Source of the DNA: a virus
DNA: 64,000 bases
Virus record (IMG/VR): IMGVR_UViG_3300022407_006250
Span: 36,786 to 100,785 of that record
Reading direction: 5' to 3' (one strand)
Below, one piece after another: positions 30,499 through 42,775 of this stretch. Numbering within the stretch: position 1 is the stretch's first letter; each line of letters starts with the position of its first letter. The translations under genes and the position numbers were made by a program. The notes beneath the pieces are model-generated. The model worked only from the letters and a program-made list of their open reading frames with translations. It did no database searches and had not been told where the DNA came from.

Positions 30499-32361
30499 AT
30501 GACAACAAAAATCAAATCGGAAATATTTCAAATTTACTTTACACCCGAGATCTTAACTCAATGCGATCCTGCATTTACACCACTTGATAATACAGCCAAT
30601 CCCTATCCTGATATTCGGGAATGGTATATTTTTGAGCGTGAGCATGAGCGGCTAATGGCCACTGATTTAACTCATTGGGGATTTTTTAGCTGGAGATTTG
30701 GTGCAAAATCAAACCTATCCGGGCAGCAGGTGTATGATTTTATTGATGCCAATCCCGGACATGATGTTTATTTCTTTAATCCATTTCCGGGACTGGATGC
30801 CATATTCCCCAATCTTTGGGAGCAAAGTGTCTGCTGTAACATGCCGTTAGGCGAAGTAACAAACAAGTTTTTGCAACATGTCGGGTATAAAAATATCAAT
30901 GTAGATGTACTATTTTTAGATTATAATTATACATGTTCGTGCAGTTTTGTGGTTGCGTCAAGAGCATTCTGGACTAGATACTTGCAATTTTCCAGTCATA
31001 TATTTCGACTTGCCGAAGTGGACGAAGACTTTAGACAAAAAATGTTTGTTGAACCCAGCGGGTATGCACAACAGCCCGGCCTGTGTAGATTTTCTTTTGT
31101 AAACGAGCGACTGTTGTTTACGTTTGCTTATTTAGAAAGATTTTCTACTTGTGCTTATCGATACAACGAAACTACAATAAAGCCTGCATACTTGCCCATG
31201 TGGTCAGAAATAACAAAATTGGTTGACCTAAAACATCAAGTATTTGAAAAACAAGATCGAGAACTGCTGAATGAGTGGGATCAGCAGAGACACTCGTTTA
31301 TAAAACGCCACCCGGAGATATTTACCCTATCATGAACATAGTAGTCATAACATCAGCACTCCACACCGGTCACGGTGTATTTAACACGCAACAACGTATC
31401 AATCAAACTGTGGATACTGTTTGGAGTGTCAAACGAGCCATGCCCAATTCCGTAACCATCCTGGCTGACATGAGCACCGAACAGATTCACACAGATCAAT
31501 CCGGTGAATTGGCAGGACTACGCCGAATGGTGGATTTTTGGATCGATAATTCCCGTGATCCAGTAATACAAGAATATCATCGTACCTTAAAAAACGAGCA
31601 CATAGCAAAAAATGTCATGGAAGCACAAGGCCTGATAAGAACATTTAACACCATGTTGACCTCCGGTGATATACAACAACATGTTCGACGAGCCACAAGA
31701 ATTTTTAAACTCAGTGGCCGATATACAATTACCCCTGAATTTGATTTGAAACAGCACAACAATGATGCGGCTCAAATGTGTTGGGTATTTGCAAAAGGTA
31801 CGCCTGTACAAACAGCGCAACAGCACCTGGGTAGCCAATATCAATTACAAACACGGCTGTGGAGTTTTGACTCCAAGCTGTTGCCAGCCACTGCTAATCT
31901 GTATCAGAAGGTTCAGCGCCAAATGGTTGACTGTCTCAATCAAGGGCTTTATGTAGACAGCGAACACATGATGGGGCATCTTGTGCCGCCTGATCAGCTG
32001 ATACAATTATCGCGTATGGGCGTTGCCGGAACTATTGCACCCACGGGACATGCAGTGAGCGATTGATGCTATGAGCGTGTTTGATACCTTGCGCTATCCT
32101 GTTACGGACATTTATCGACCCGAGGAGCTGGCAGCAATTCCTCACGAAATAAAAGAAAGCTGGGCCAGGGAATGCCTGCGTTTTGTGAGATATGATCCTG
32201 TTCCCACAAAATTTCCTCAATCAACCGACTGGGCTGATTTTATCAGGGACGCCATTGACTGGTATTCCGTTAGCCAGTGTCCAGTACAGAGTGATACCAT
32301 GAATCGCTTTATCAAGGGCTATTTTACTAATAAATTACGCGAAAAAATTGCCAGCCATTAA
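30499..32361 (+). CDS. Three hypothetical proteins (30499-31335, 31332-32066, 32071-32361); first two possibly glycosyltransferase-related
   Basis: Coupled ORFs; IFQIYF and FKLSGRY motifs; function is inference. Confidence 0.55.
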
Positions 32362-32363
32362 AA

Positions 32364-32396
32364 AAGTAGTGCTGACATCGACTATCAGCACTACTT
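32364..32396. terminator. Hairpin between convergent genes
   Basis: AAGTAGTGCTGA...TCAGCACTACTT. Confidence 0.7.
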
Positions 32397-32434
32397 GACA
32401 AATATCGCAAAAATTAGTTAATTTTTACTGTTGC

Positions 32435-34756
32435 TCAGTTAAGATTATTATAGAACTCAATTTTGATCCAGCCTGTACCACCTGCACCGCCATTGGCAGC
32501 AGTTGCATTGTTATCTCCGTCACCACGGGCAGCTCCACCGCCACCACCTCCTGCACCAGTACCACCTGCTGCACCGTTTGTGGACCCGTACTGTATGCCT
32601 TGGCCACCGGCACCACCGTCACCAAGCACGCTTGAGCCACCGGCACCACCGTCTACTGTGCTATTATTAGATGTGGATCCGGCACTACCATCAGTTGCAC
32701 CGCCTGCACCTCCGCTTTGACTGCTTTGTGGCATAATCTGACCATAACCGCCGCCTTGTCCACCTGCTGCACTAACAGATATTGCTCCTAGTGTAAATGT
32801 AGTAGCACTACCACCGGTTCCGGCACCGGGCAATATGTATGGGTTGTTTGCGGTTGAACCTGCGCCACCTGCGCCACCTGCGCCCACAAAGGCCGAGCAA
32901 GCGGTATTTGGAGCAATGTTAGTGTAAGTGGTCACTGACAATGTACCAGCGCCGCCACCACCGCCTGAGCTTTGTGGATTTCTGTTGGGTGCATCAGATG
33001 CTGCTGCGCCACCGCCGCCACCACCGCCACCTAGTGCGGTAACTCTCATGGTAAGACCAGTTTCACCAGCCAGCAATGGCGGTGTGGTTATATTGTGTGT
33101 TCCGGCAGTGGTAAACGCATATGTTACTGGAACCGGTCCTGGAGCAACCGGTGTATAACTGCTGCCTGCATACAGTGCAGAATTGGTTATTCTAAAGTTG
33201 TCCAAGAATACAGGTGCACCGAAATTATACATGTATCCACCGCGGCCAAATACCAGTGCGTTAATATACCAAGGAGTAGCCGTTACGTCAGCGGCATTGC
33301 CGTTATATACTCGTGTGCCGTCAACATAAATTTTCACTGTGTTGGCAGTTTTATTGACCACAATTGCAAATTTAGTCCAGGTACTCCACCCTGCCAAATT
33401 GGCTGTGGTATAGACAGCTCCTTGGCCTATATCAACTGTTAAAGTTTGTCCACTTAACGTAAGGTACATTTCCGACGATGTGCCCCTATTGAGCATGAGA
33501 ACTATACATTCGCCTTGGTTTTGATATTCCGCATTCCATAAACTGAATTCAACGGTCCAGTCAATTGATGCAACGTTGGGTAATGAAGCAACAGCGACTG
33601 CCATTTCCTGACTTTGAAGGCTCAGCGAGTAACTGCCACTTTCGGCCCTGTCATTGGATGTATAAACACCTTCCTCAGGAGTAGCGCCGTCGATGCGGTA
33701 GCAAGCCGGAGCGTTGGCCATTAGATATGCTCCATCATTCTTTGCCGAATTTAGCATGGTTGTGCTATTAAAAGTTTCAAATAAAAACTGCGACTGTGTG
33801 ATAGGCCCTTGACCACATCTGCCCCATACCGGATAATGATTCGATGTTAATGCACTGTTGTCGGCAAACTGTGAAGGGGGTGTAGGTATATTGGTCACAC
33901 ACCACGTACTTAAATCTTGATCAAATACTGTGGCATTGTGGAACATACCATTCATACCGGTTACACTACCGACATCCCATGAACCAATGTCCCGATCAAA
34001 GGCTACTGCATTTTCAAACATATAACCCATATTGGTTACACTGCCAACGTTCCACGAACCGATTGGCTGATTGAACGCGCTTGCACCATTAAACATAATA
34101 CTCATATCAGTAACACTACTTGTGTTCCAGCTGCCGATATTTTGGTTAAACGCTGCTGCATCTCTAAACATGTAACTCATATTGGTTACAGAGACGGTAT
34201 TCCAGCTACCAATAGATTGATTGAAACTTGATGCTCCTTCAAACATACGGCTCATGTTAGTGACAGCGGAAGTGTTCCACCCGCTTATGTTACCATTAAA
34301 TGCCGCAGCACCATAGAAAAGATTGTTCATGGACGTTACAGCATTTATAAATGTGGCCGGTACATAAGTTAAGTATTGTGACTGCAAGTATATTTCGGCT
34401 ATTCCCATGGAATTGTCCCAGCTGTCAACTCCGATAAGTGCGCTGGCACCGCCATCGGGTGTGGGGTTAATACCCGTCATGGTTCCGGAAATTGTTACAG
34501 TATATGTGCCTTCTTCCGCGTATTGATGTGATATGCCCCCGTTACTGATAAAACTTTCAACAGTCCCATCCCCCCAGTTGACAACAACATCAACTGCACC
34601 ACCATTATAATCGCCGAGGTGAATATTTACAGGATTATTACCGTTAAGAGAAGTATTATATTTTGCAATAAACGAACCCCCGGCAGGCGGTGCCGGGGGT
34701 GCACCTACACCTATTATTACATTTTGTGAACTAACGCCGCTGATAATTACTGACAT
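32435..34756 (-). CDS. Multidomain adhesin-like protein: PKD-like + DUF285 (BspA-like 25-aa repeats) + LamG-like + Gly-rich C-terminus
   Basis: NWGDG, repeats FNQ.IGSW(N/D)...VT.M..MF, GGGGGGG tracts. Confidence 0.8.
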   Translation of the reverse strand: MSVIISGVSSQNVIIGVGAPPAPPAGGSFIAKYNTSLNGNNPVNIHLGDYNGGAVDVVVNWGDGTVESFISNGGISHQYAEEGTYTVTISGTMTGINPTPDGGASALIGVDSWDNSMGIAEIYLQSQYLTYVPATFINAVTSMNNLFYGAAAFNGNISGWNTSAVTNMSRMFEGASSFNQSIGSWNTVSVTNMSYMFRDAAAFNQNIGSWNTSSVTDMSIMFNGASAFNQPIGSWNVGSVTNMGYMFENAVAFDRDIGSWDVGSVTGMNGMFHNATVFDQDLSTWCVTNIPTPPSQFADNSALTSNHYPVWGRCGQGPITQSQFLFETFNSTTMLNSAKNDGAYLMANAPACYRIDGATPEEGVYTSNDRAESGSYSLSLQSQEMAVAVASLPNVASIDWTVEFSLWNAEYQNQGECIVLMLNRGTSSEMYLTLSGQTLTVDIGQGAVYTTANLAGWSTWTKFAIVVNKTANTVKIYVDGTRVYNGNAADVTATPWYINALVFGRGGYMYNFGAPVFLDNFRITNSALYAGSSYTPVAPGPVPVTYAFTTAGTHNITTPPLLAGETGLTMRVTALGGGGGGGGAAASDAPNRNPQSSGGGGGAGTLSVTTYTNIAPNTACSAFVGAGGAGGAGSTANNPYILPGAGTGGSATTFTLGAISVSAAGGQGGGYGQIMPQSSQSGGAGGATDGSAGSTSNNSTVDGGAGGSSVLGDGGAGGQGIQYGSTNGAAGGTGAGGGGGGAARGDGDNNATAANGGAGGTGWIKIEFYNNLN

Positions 34757-34817
34757 AACAAGCCCCTTTAATCTGATATATTTATTAAAATACCCAGCTC
34801 AATAAAATATATTACAT

Positions 34818-35051
34818 TCAGGTGAGTTTATAGAATTTTATACCAACCCAGCCGGCTCCGCCTATTCCGCCATTGGCAGCAGTTGCATTGTTATCCCCGT
34901 CGCCCCATTCAATAGTGGTAGCCGTAGCTCCCACAAAATCTACGTTAACAGTGTTGCTAATTGCTAGATCGTAGTCAATCAACCACGCTTCTGCTGGAGG
35001 CGGCGAGGCGGCAGCGCCGCTGTTCCAAGAAGACCCAGCGGCGAACGTCAT
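34818..35051 (-). pseudogene. Internally deleted adhesin remnant
   Basis: PKD-like start fused at GDG to a copy of the last ~28 codons of 32435-34756. Confidence 0.6.
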
Positions 35052-35056
35052 GGTGG

Positions 35057-36202
35057 TCAGACTCCCCAGACTGGGAAGTAGGCAGGAGTTAGGACGCCAC
35101 CAGTGTTGAAGTCAGTAGGCAGCGTTGGGATAAGTGTGACATCCCATGAGCTGATGTTTTGATCGAACACCGTTGCGTTTTGAAACATACTGTCCATATT
35201 CTCAACAGCAGAGGTATCCCAGGCACTGATGTTTTGATTGAACGCGGTAGCACCAAAAAACATACCAGTCATGCTGGTTGCAGAACTGGTATCCCATGCG
35301 CCGATAGGCTGGTTAAACGCTGATGCGTTACGGAACACAGCGGCCATATTCATAACAGCAGAGGTATCCCAGGTACTGATGTTTTGATTGAACGCGGTAG
35401 CACCAAAAAACATACCAGCCATGCTAGTTGCAGAACTGGTATCCCAGGTACTGATGTTTTGATTGAACGCGGCAGCACCAAAAAATATACCACCCATGAC
35501 GGTTACAGAACTGGTATCCCAGGTACTGATGTTTTGATTGAACGCTGTTGCGTTCTGGAACATGCCACCCATGTTGGTTACAGAACTGATATCCCAGGCA
35601 CTGATGTTTTGATTGAACACTGTTGCGTTCTGGAACATGCCACCCATGTTGGTTACAGAACTGGTATCCCAGGCACTGATGTTTTGATTGAACGCGGTAG
35701 CACCAGAAAACATGAGGTTCATGTCGGTAACACGACTCACATCCCAGCCTGTGATATTGCCGTTGAATATACTAGCAGAGTAGAACATCTCGGCGGTGTT
35801 TGTTATTGTGGTAGGGAAAGTAGCAGGTACATAAGTTAAATTGGGAGATCCTAAATATACCCGAGTCAGTCCCATGGAGCTGTCCCAGCTATCAACTCCT
35901 ATGAGTGAGTAATCTGCTGCGTACACGCCACTCATAGTTCCGGAAATTGTTACGGTATATGTACCGCCTTCCGAATATGCATGAGATACAATATCATTGA
36001 CGGTAAAGGTTTCAACAACCGCATCTCCCCAGTCAACTGTGACATCAACTGCACCACCCGAAGAGTCGCCAAGACGAATCGTTACAGGGCTGTTGTTAAC
36101 GAGCGTGGTATCGTATGTGGCCACAAACAAACCGCCGGCAGGCGGTGTAGCTGTTCCTATTACTACATTTTGTGAACTAACTCCGCTGATAATTACTGTC
36201 AT
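35057..36202 (-). CDS. PKD-like + DUF285 repeat protein
   Basis: About eight 75-bp repeats FNQNIS.WDTS; N-terminus paralogous to the 34756 gene. Confidence 0.82.
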   Translation of the reverse strand: MTVIISGVSSQNVVIGTATPPAGGLFVATYDTTLVNNSPVTIRLGDSSGGAVDVTVDWGDAVVETFTVNDIVSHAYSEGGTYTVTISGTMSGVYAADYSLIGVDSWDSSMGLTRVYLGSPNLTYVPATFPTTITNTAEMFYSASIFNGNITGWDVSRVTDMNLMFSGATAFNQNISAWDTSSVTNMGGMFQNATVFNQNISAWDISSVTNMGGMFQNATAFNQNISTWDTSSVTVMGGIFFGAAAFNQNISTWDTSSATSMAGMFFGATAFNQNISTWDTSAVMNMAAVFRNASAFNQPIGAWDTSSATSMTGMFFGATAFNQNISAWDTSAVENMDSMFQNATVFDQNISSWDVTLIPTLPTDFNTGGVLTPAYFPVWGV

Positions 36203-36278
36203 GTCATTCTCCTTTAAATTGTGGTATATCTATTTACCAAATTTATCAAATTACCCAGCTCAATAAGATATATTATAT

Positions 36279-36332
36279 TTAAGCCTGATATCTAACAAAT
36301 CCGGCTGGCGGTGACGACTGTTGTGTGGCCGT
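36279..36332 (-). pseudogene. Orphan 3' end of a 37125-38444 paralogue
   Basis: Encodes TATQQSSPPAGFVRYQA* with no start, vs TATQQSSPPAGFVRYQS*. Confidence 0.7.
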
Positions 36333-36410
36333 TCATGATTTACTCTCACGCTGTGTGAGCACTCCCGTGCACACCTGCTATTTATCACCCATTTTGACAA
36401 ATATTGGACT

Positions 36411-37094
36411 TTAACTGGCAGTCACGCTATATGTTACATCTTTTATGGCTATCTCATATACACCAGCACTACTGCCACCAATTGATAACGAACCTCCAAA
36501 CCTTGTTGAACTTGCTGTGCGAACTACTGAGCCATTCACTATCCATTCTAGTGTACCGTCTGGATACCAGGCAATTGTTAGCGTGACATCACCGGAAGGG
36601 AAAGAACCATTAAATTCCGTAACATTGACACCCGAGTTTAGTGCAATACCGGTTAGAATTTGTACAGCACTGTTGGTAACATAGGCATAGAATATGATAT
36701 GACTTCCGTAGGTGTCCCACGACATAATATTGCAGGCATCGGAGCTACCAAAGGTGACTCCGGTTAAATTGACCACAGCACTGAAATATACCGTTTGTGT
36801 TGGATACAAATTAGGATTTAATTTTGAATCGATTGACCCATAGGTGAGACTGGGTTGATTAGACAATGCGTTACTTCCAAGGCTATAAAATACAGCATGT
36901 GTGTTGGTATAAGTAATAGTTGTGGGTGTTGGTGTACTAACAACAGCAGTTAAAGGATTGGCAGCAATGTCTAGTGAGCCAGTTGAGCTGATCAACGGCG
37001 CATAAAATACAGCATTTGGTGGCACTGGAACCGGAACTACTCCACCATTAATTCTCAATCCGTGCAGTGAAACTCCCTTAATAAATACAGACAT
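36411..37094 (-). CDS. Beta-rich lectin-like virion/tail protein
   Basis: Shares FAPL, SKLNP.LYP and W.P.G...W.V.G motifs with 37125-38444. Confidence 0.65.
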   Translation of the reverse strand: MSVFIKGVSLHGLRINGGVVPVPVPPNAVFYAPLISSTGSLDIAANPLTAVVSTPTPTTITYTNTHAVFYSLGSNALSNQPSLTYGSIDSKLNPNLYPTQTVYFSAVVNLTGVTFGSSDACNIMSWDTYGSHIIFYAYVTNSAVQILTGIALNSGVNVTEFNGSFPSGDVTLTIAWYPDGTLEWIVNGSVVRTASSTRFGGSLSIGGSSAGVYEIAIKDVTYSVTAS

Positions 37095-37124
37095 ACTGAC
37101 TCCTTTTATGCAAACTCAACAACT

Positions 37125-38444
37125 TCAAGACTGGTATCTGACAAATCCCGCGGGCGGTGACGACTGTTGTGTGGCAGTATCAGGGTACATGGTCCATGAC
37201 CAAGGACCAGTGATGGCACCTGCTGCAGGGCAGGCATAGTTGCTGACCACAAAGTAAAAGGGTCCTGCACCCGAAACCACACCGTCGGGGTTGGCGCCAC
37301 CAGCCGGATTGCTGCCAATCCATAAGCCGTTTATGCTGAACCAAGTTTCACTGGTGTCGGCGTCAAATGCAACACCAATTCTGTCGCCAAGCGCGAATTG
37401 GTATGCTAGATTGGCTTGACTGTAGTCGCCGTTCACAGTGACACCTGCACCCGGCAAGCCGCAGCCACCATCGGGCAAGATGCCACTGAATATATTTACG
37501 CCCTTTTGGTAAAATTCGCTGATAGGATATGACTGCACGCCAAATGCCTTGTAAACATCAGTGCTGACTCCCGACTGGCCTGTGCATTCAAACTCACAGT
37601 ACACTCGACCCGCGAGCGGGATTGACGTGGCGTTTCGCACACTGTTAGCAGTAACAGTTTGACAGTTGTTAGTGAACACAGCACCGGCAAAGTTGCCGCC
37701 TGGATTGGTCCAAGCATATGGCACTGTGACTGTGCCATAATCATAACTCACATTACGAATTTCATAAGTGTATACACCTGCAGATCCGGCGCCATAATAA
37801 CCTGTTGCCTGTGTTTGAGTACCCATCCAGCCGGAGATTCTTGAAAATCCCACTGTGATGCGACGAACCTCTCCATCCACTCTCCACAACACTTGGCCTT
37901 CAGGTGTCCACTCTATGGAATAATTATGGAAGCCAGCACCAACGGGACCCAGTGTGACGGGATTGTATTGAGCGCCGTTGCCCAGGCTGGCACTGCTCCA
38001 AAGCTGTAGTCCCTGAGCTGTGGTATAAAAGCCAAACGTCATGGTGCCACCAAAATAGGTCATTTGTAGGAAATAGGTTATGTCACTGCTGCCGTCTCCT
38101 GTGACATTCTCCACACCTGTGGCCGCAACATCAGCAGAAAGAAATATGCTGGCATCAGGATATAGGCCGGGATTCAGTTTTGACGTGTTGTAGGGCACAG
38201 GCCATGTGATTGACGGCCAGCTTGCGGCAGTGATGTTGGCAGTATCAATCACTGCGCTGTTGGCAGTATAAGTTATAGTGGTGTCCGCAGGCACTATCAC
38301 CTGTGGTGAAATCTCGGGAGGTATAATGTCATTGGCTGTGTTAGTGCTATTTAGGGGTGCAAAAAGAGCCGGTATACGAATGGGGCCACCCGAGGCTGAA
38401 ACTGATATTGCCTTTAAAACTGCACCGGTAATTGTGATAGGCAT
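37125..38444 (-). CDS. Two-domain lectin-like / SPRY-like virion protein
   Basis: C-terminal YCEF...GDRIGVAFD...WFSING...PPAGF; TAAATA at 38478-38483. Confidence 0.65.
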   Translation of the reverse strand: MPITITGAVLKAISVSASGGPIRIPALFAPLNSTNTANDIIPPEISPQVIVPADTTITYTANSAVIDTANITAASWPSITWPVPYNTSKLNPGLYPDASIFLSADVAATGVENVTGDGSSDITYFLQMTYFGGTMTFGFYTTAQGLQLWSSASLGNGAQYNPVTLGPVGAGFHNYSIEWTPEGQVLWRVDGEVRRITVGFSRISGWMGTQTQATGYYGAGSAGVYTYEIRNVSYDYGTVTVPYAWTNPGGNFAGAVFTNNCQTVTANSVRNATSIPLAGRVYCEFECTGQSGVSTDVYKAFGVQSYPISEFYQKGVNIFSGILPDGGCGLPGAGVTVNGDYSQANLAYQFALGDRIGVAFDADTSETWFSINGLWIGSNPAGGANPDGVVSGAGPFYFVVSNYACPAAGAITGPWSWTMYPDTATQQSSPPAGFVRYQS

Positions 38445-38599
38445 GGTGTTTTCCTGATATAAAATAAATTGATCTTGTATTTATCCACACAGTGAACAGA
38501 TCACTGAACTGGATCTGTATAGTGTTTTCAAATGCAAATTCCAAATAGCAATTCAAAATCACAATCTGAGATAAAAATCTGAGATTTTTATTTCAAAAC

Positions 38600-38677
38600 A
38601 AAAAAGTTGCACAAAAAAGTTGCACAAAAAAGCCACACAAAAAAGCCACACAAAAAAGCCACACAAAAAAGCCACTT
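38600..38677. repeat. 13-bp tandem repeat x6 (AAAAAAGTTGCAC / AAAAAAGCCACAC)
   Basis: Read directly. Confidence 0.9.
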
Positions 38678-38797
38678 GTACAACAATCTTGAAAATAATT
38701 TACCGGTAGATGTTTCACACACGCAATCAATACTGCGATCAATCACGAATTGCACTCGAAAAGAACAAGAACATGCTGTGAACACTCTTGAAGAAGA

Positions 38798-38875
38798 ATA
38801 TGTATACACATATACATGTATACACCAATATACAAATACATATACACATATACACATATACACATACATACATAT
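38798..38875. repeat. Alternating purine-pyrimidine (TACACATA-type) low-complexity tract
   Basis: Read directly. Confidence 0.8.
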
Positions 38876-39190
38876 GAACCGATCTACAACGACTACTACA
38901 CCGGTCCGGAATAGAACCGGGCTTGATTCTGGCCAGTGCGACTGGTTATCAAGTACGGTGCGGGTGAAGGCTGATTGATTGTTGTAGTACAACTTGTATA
39001 ACTTGTAGGAGAAAGCATGAACACACAGTGAGTGATACACAATCCTGCACAAACTTACACTTTATTGCACTTTTTATGGACGTGATGGAAACCGATGTTT
39101 TTGCATGATCCTCTCTCGGTTCTAGAAAGAATCCAAAAAAGAAACGGTCGAGGTTTTCGAAGAATTTCACACCGTGGATTTCTATTATCG

Positions 39191-39377
39191 AGTATCCAGT
39201 ATCCAGTATCGAGTATCCAGTATCGAGTATCCAGTATCGAGTATCCAGTATCGAGTATCCAGTATCGAGTATCCAGTATCGAGTATCCAGTATCGGTTTT
39301 CTATTATCCAGTATCAAATATCGAGTATCTGGTATGGTTTTCTATTATCCAGTATCAAATATCGAGTATCTGGTATG
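39191..39377. repeat. Heptamer array AGTATC(C/G) x15 (39191-39295) followed by two identical 41-bp units (39296-39377)
   Basis: Read directly. Confidence 0.95.
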
Positions 39378-41219
39378 GTTTTCGAGTATCGACCTCGCAC
39401 AGTGGGCAACTTGTAACAGTTGTAACTGGATGTAAAAAATTTCAGAAATCGCTTGACAAGGTGGCCCAAAATGGTTCAATCAGAATGACAGAGTGGCAGT
39501 AGCCTCACAGGGTCACCTGTACTGAAAATTTATCTGCAGTGGCCTCACGCGAGGCTGTGTGGAGCACTATCTCGCACACAGGGTTGAACACTGCTCATGT
39601 GATCCTGCGAGGCCATGTGCGGTGGAATCCTGAAAAAAATTTTCAAAAATTCATTGACACGGGCCGTGATCTACACTACAATGATCACATACTGAAACAA
39701 ACAGGAGCAGCAATGGCCAATCTAGATCACATGGCGTTTCTCACGCAAGCACAGGACTTTGCAAGTGCATGGGGAGATGATGCTTGGTTTCATCAAGTGT
39801 ATACTGGTGCACGTGAACATCATGGTGTGCTTGAGTCAGCTGAGTGTGCCTTGCGTGCACAGGATCTGTTGCGTGACTTCATGTTCACTTATTACCCAGA
39901 TCGACTCGTTAGCGGGATTGGTTGACAGACCGAATCACAGTGCTATAATTGCCGCATGAACATGAAACTACACACGGATTCACAAAGGCGTGCTATGACG
40001 CCCGCAATTCGAAAGTTGGCTCAAGACACCGATGCTTGGTGTGAGCAGAATCACATTGACTCAAGTGGTTGGGGCGGAGCAGCCTGGGAAGCAGAATTTG
40101 CCAACCGGATTGTTCTTGCTTGTGCTGAAATTTGCCTGGAAGCCAACGATCACAAAAATATTCTAACACACTTTGGAGTTCAAGCATGACGACCCTAATC
40201 GTAAAATTTGCCCACGAAGCTGGAATCAAAAGCACCTGGGAACAGGCAGTAAGCCCTGCAGAACTGAAATTTGCAGAACTGATCATAGCACAATGTTGTG
40301 CCATAGTGGCGCTAGACAGTGACCGGCCGGCTCAGCAGGTTGTGCGTGAAATCAAGAACTGCTTTGAGGTCTGTGGTTGACCAGGCATGATCCCGATGTT
40401 ACTATACCGTTATTGTGTTTACACCAATTGGGAGACCTTGATGAACTACATTCACAGCCAAGCTATTACCCAGAACTTTTCAGACAGTGAACTGATTGCA
40501 TACCATACAGGCTATCAAGCAGGCTTTGACTACGGGGTGTTGGATGATGATTATGACAACGACAGCACTCTGCGAGCTGCTTACTGTACAGGCTATGATG
40601 CAGGTGTGTTGGCGTTTTGGGCGGAAATGGATGAAGGCAGCTCGCCGGATTAAGGGTTCAACATGAACCATTGGGATCATTTACCAAATTCTCTGGCCAT
40701 CAACAGCATAGTGGATTCCACCTTGCGTCACACCACTCATTGGGGTCGAGTGCTGCACCCCACGACCACCGTGATGAAGAACTGTCAACAGGTGTGGCAA
40801 CAACGCGGTATTCGCAGCGAGGGATGGTATAATTTTGCCGACTCATGCCGCTTGGTGGAGCAGGTGGGTGGGCCCATCCAGGAGTGGCATGAAATCTATA
40901 ATATGTGCGTCTTTAAACGACTGAAAAGACCCTGCTTTTGGGGTGGGATAGCACCCGGCAAAGCCGGTGAGGCGGCTGTTCGTCGCTGGCAAGTGGCCAA
41001 GTATCCACTCTTGGCCCTGGTGTTGAATGATGATATCGAGCGATATCTCACCATGACCATCAGTGAGCTTAAATTGTGGAGCAACTTGAGTCGAGATTTT
41101 AATTCCACATCACTGCTGCCGGCTGCTTACATGGAATATGTTGTCAACCGGCGATAAAAAGATGTTGACAGCAGCCCGCAGCCTGCTACAATACACACAT
41201 AGCAACCGCGAAAGAGTTC

Positions 41220-41585
41220 ATGAATACCTACATGACCCCAGATCATCCAGAGGCATTTCTTGACTGGCCCACACACGCCAGCCGTAGTGACCTAACTCAA
41301 CTGTGCCCACGCTGTCAGGGGCATGGTGGCTGGAATCTCTTGCTTGATCAGTATCGATTGCCCTTCACAGCCGGCGGTGAACGCTATGCCGACACAGCCG
41401 AGAATCGTCACTTGTTCTGTCACTTCCGTGCCATGTGCGATCACTGTACGGGTTGGGGCTGGATTCCAGAATCTGAAACCTGCCCGGGTCATGAGTGGCT
41501 ATATGTAGCAAACGTGGGTCGTTGTTTGAATCAGTATCAGTGCCGTCACTGTTCGCGTGTACAACAAGTTGATTCAAGTGATTGA
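41220..41585 (+). CDS. Cys-rich zinc-finger protein (paralogue of 42266-42550)
   Basis: CxxCxGxG twice, GRCL...C.HC...DSSD. Confidence 0.65.
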   Translation: MNTYMTPDHPEAFLDWPTHASRSDLTQLCPRCQGHGGWNLLLDQYRLPFTAGGERYADTAENRHLFCHFRAMCDHCTGWGWIPESETCPGHEWLYVANVGRCLNQYQCRHCSRVQQVDSSD

Positions 41586-42265
41586 TGTACACATTCTACA
41601 TTGACATTCCACCGGATCGATACTGTGATCCGGTGTTGAAGCTGATTGAGTTTCAAATGAGTTTTGTGTGCAATCACTTGTCCGGCATCAGTCGCGGCGC
41701 TGTATTTCGGGTCGAATGTGACAGTGAGGCGTCAGCTGTGGCATTCTTGTTGCGGAGTGGATTTGGTACCGTTGGTTCAGAACAGATTGCTGCGAGGCAG
41801 ACACGTGCCAGTGGTGTTGAACAGATTGTGCCCTTGACTCTGCAGACTGAAGTGGGTCAATTCAGCAATTACAGTTTTGCAGACTGGCCTCTTAGACAAG
41901 ATCATGCGCGCCACACTTGACTTGTGCGTGGGATCCTGTTATAGTATGCACTTAGACACTCCCGGGTGTCTTTAACTTAAAGGAACCTGTTATGAAAAAT
42001 GCTATCATTGCTGTTCTTGTTATCTTTCTAGCCATTGTGGGTGTTGCCTGGGGCTATGGCTATCTGGATGCAGCTCAATCAGCCGAGACTGTGGTCAATC
42101 CAATCGAAGTTGGTCCAGTGCTTACCGAGCCAGCATCAGCGCCAACATCGGCAGCTGATATAGTACATTTACTGCAACAACGCAGTGCAACTTTGTCAAA
42201 ATGTTGTTGACAACTCCCACAACCCTGCTATAATCTACACATTGCAACACACTGTGGGAGAAGAT

Positions 42266-42550
42266 ATGCTAACTTGTACTGTATGCGCAGGCTCTGGTCG
42301 TGTTCCGGTAGTGCCAGAACTTGAGCGTCATAAGCGGTATATTTCGGGCTATGATCCAGTCACTGACACACTTGGCTGCTCCAATTGTGGTGGCCAATAC
42401 CAGTGGCCCAAGCCCACAGGCCTAGTCAAGGCCAATCGGCTGGGAGAGCCCTGCGTGCATCAATACACAGGCCGCACCATAGGCCGCTGCTTGCATGAGA
42501 ATGTTTGCCTTCATTGTGGTGACTATCATCAAATTGATTCGGGCGATTGA
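42266..42550 (+). CDS. Cys-rich zinc-finger protein
   Basis: CTVCAGSG, CSNCGG, GRCL...C.HC...DSGD. Confidence 0.65.
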   Translation: MLTCTVCAGSGRVPVVPELERHKRYISGYDPVTDTLGCSNCGGQYQWPKPTGLVKANRLGEPCVHQYTGRTIGRCLHENVCLHCGDYHQIDSGD

Positions 42551-42775
42551 ATGAACAAGCATCCGGTGTTGCAGTGGTCAGCCACTGCCGTGACCCTGAT
42601 TGGGGCCATACTGACTGCTGCTGCACTGGATCCATGGAATGTGTACTGTGCCAATCTCGGTAGCATACTGTGGTTGATCTGGGCTGTACGCATGAGAAGT
42701 CACAGCCTAATGGCAGTGAATGCCGGACTCATGCTGATCTATTGTGGCGGCATCATACGTAGTATTGTTTTTTAA
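42551..42775 (+). CDS. Small membrane protein (about 3 TM)
   Basis: Hydrophobic segments. Confidence 0.65.
   Translation: MNKHPVLQWSATAVTLIGAILTAAALDPWNVYCANLGSILWLIWAVRMRSHSLMAVNAGLMLIYCGGIIRSIVF

Noticed and set aside
32435-37180. Diversity-generating retroelement TR/VR pairs (34818 vs 32435; 36279 vs 37125)
   Set aside because: Differences are not adenine-specific and no reverse transcriptase is in the window.
38588-39502. ORFs across the repeat block
   Set aside because: Translations simply mirror tandem repeats, with no credible RBS or protein-like composition.
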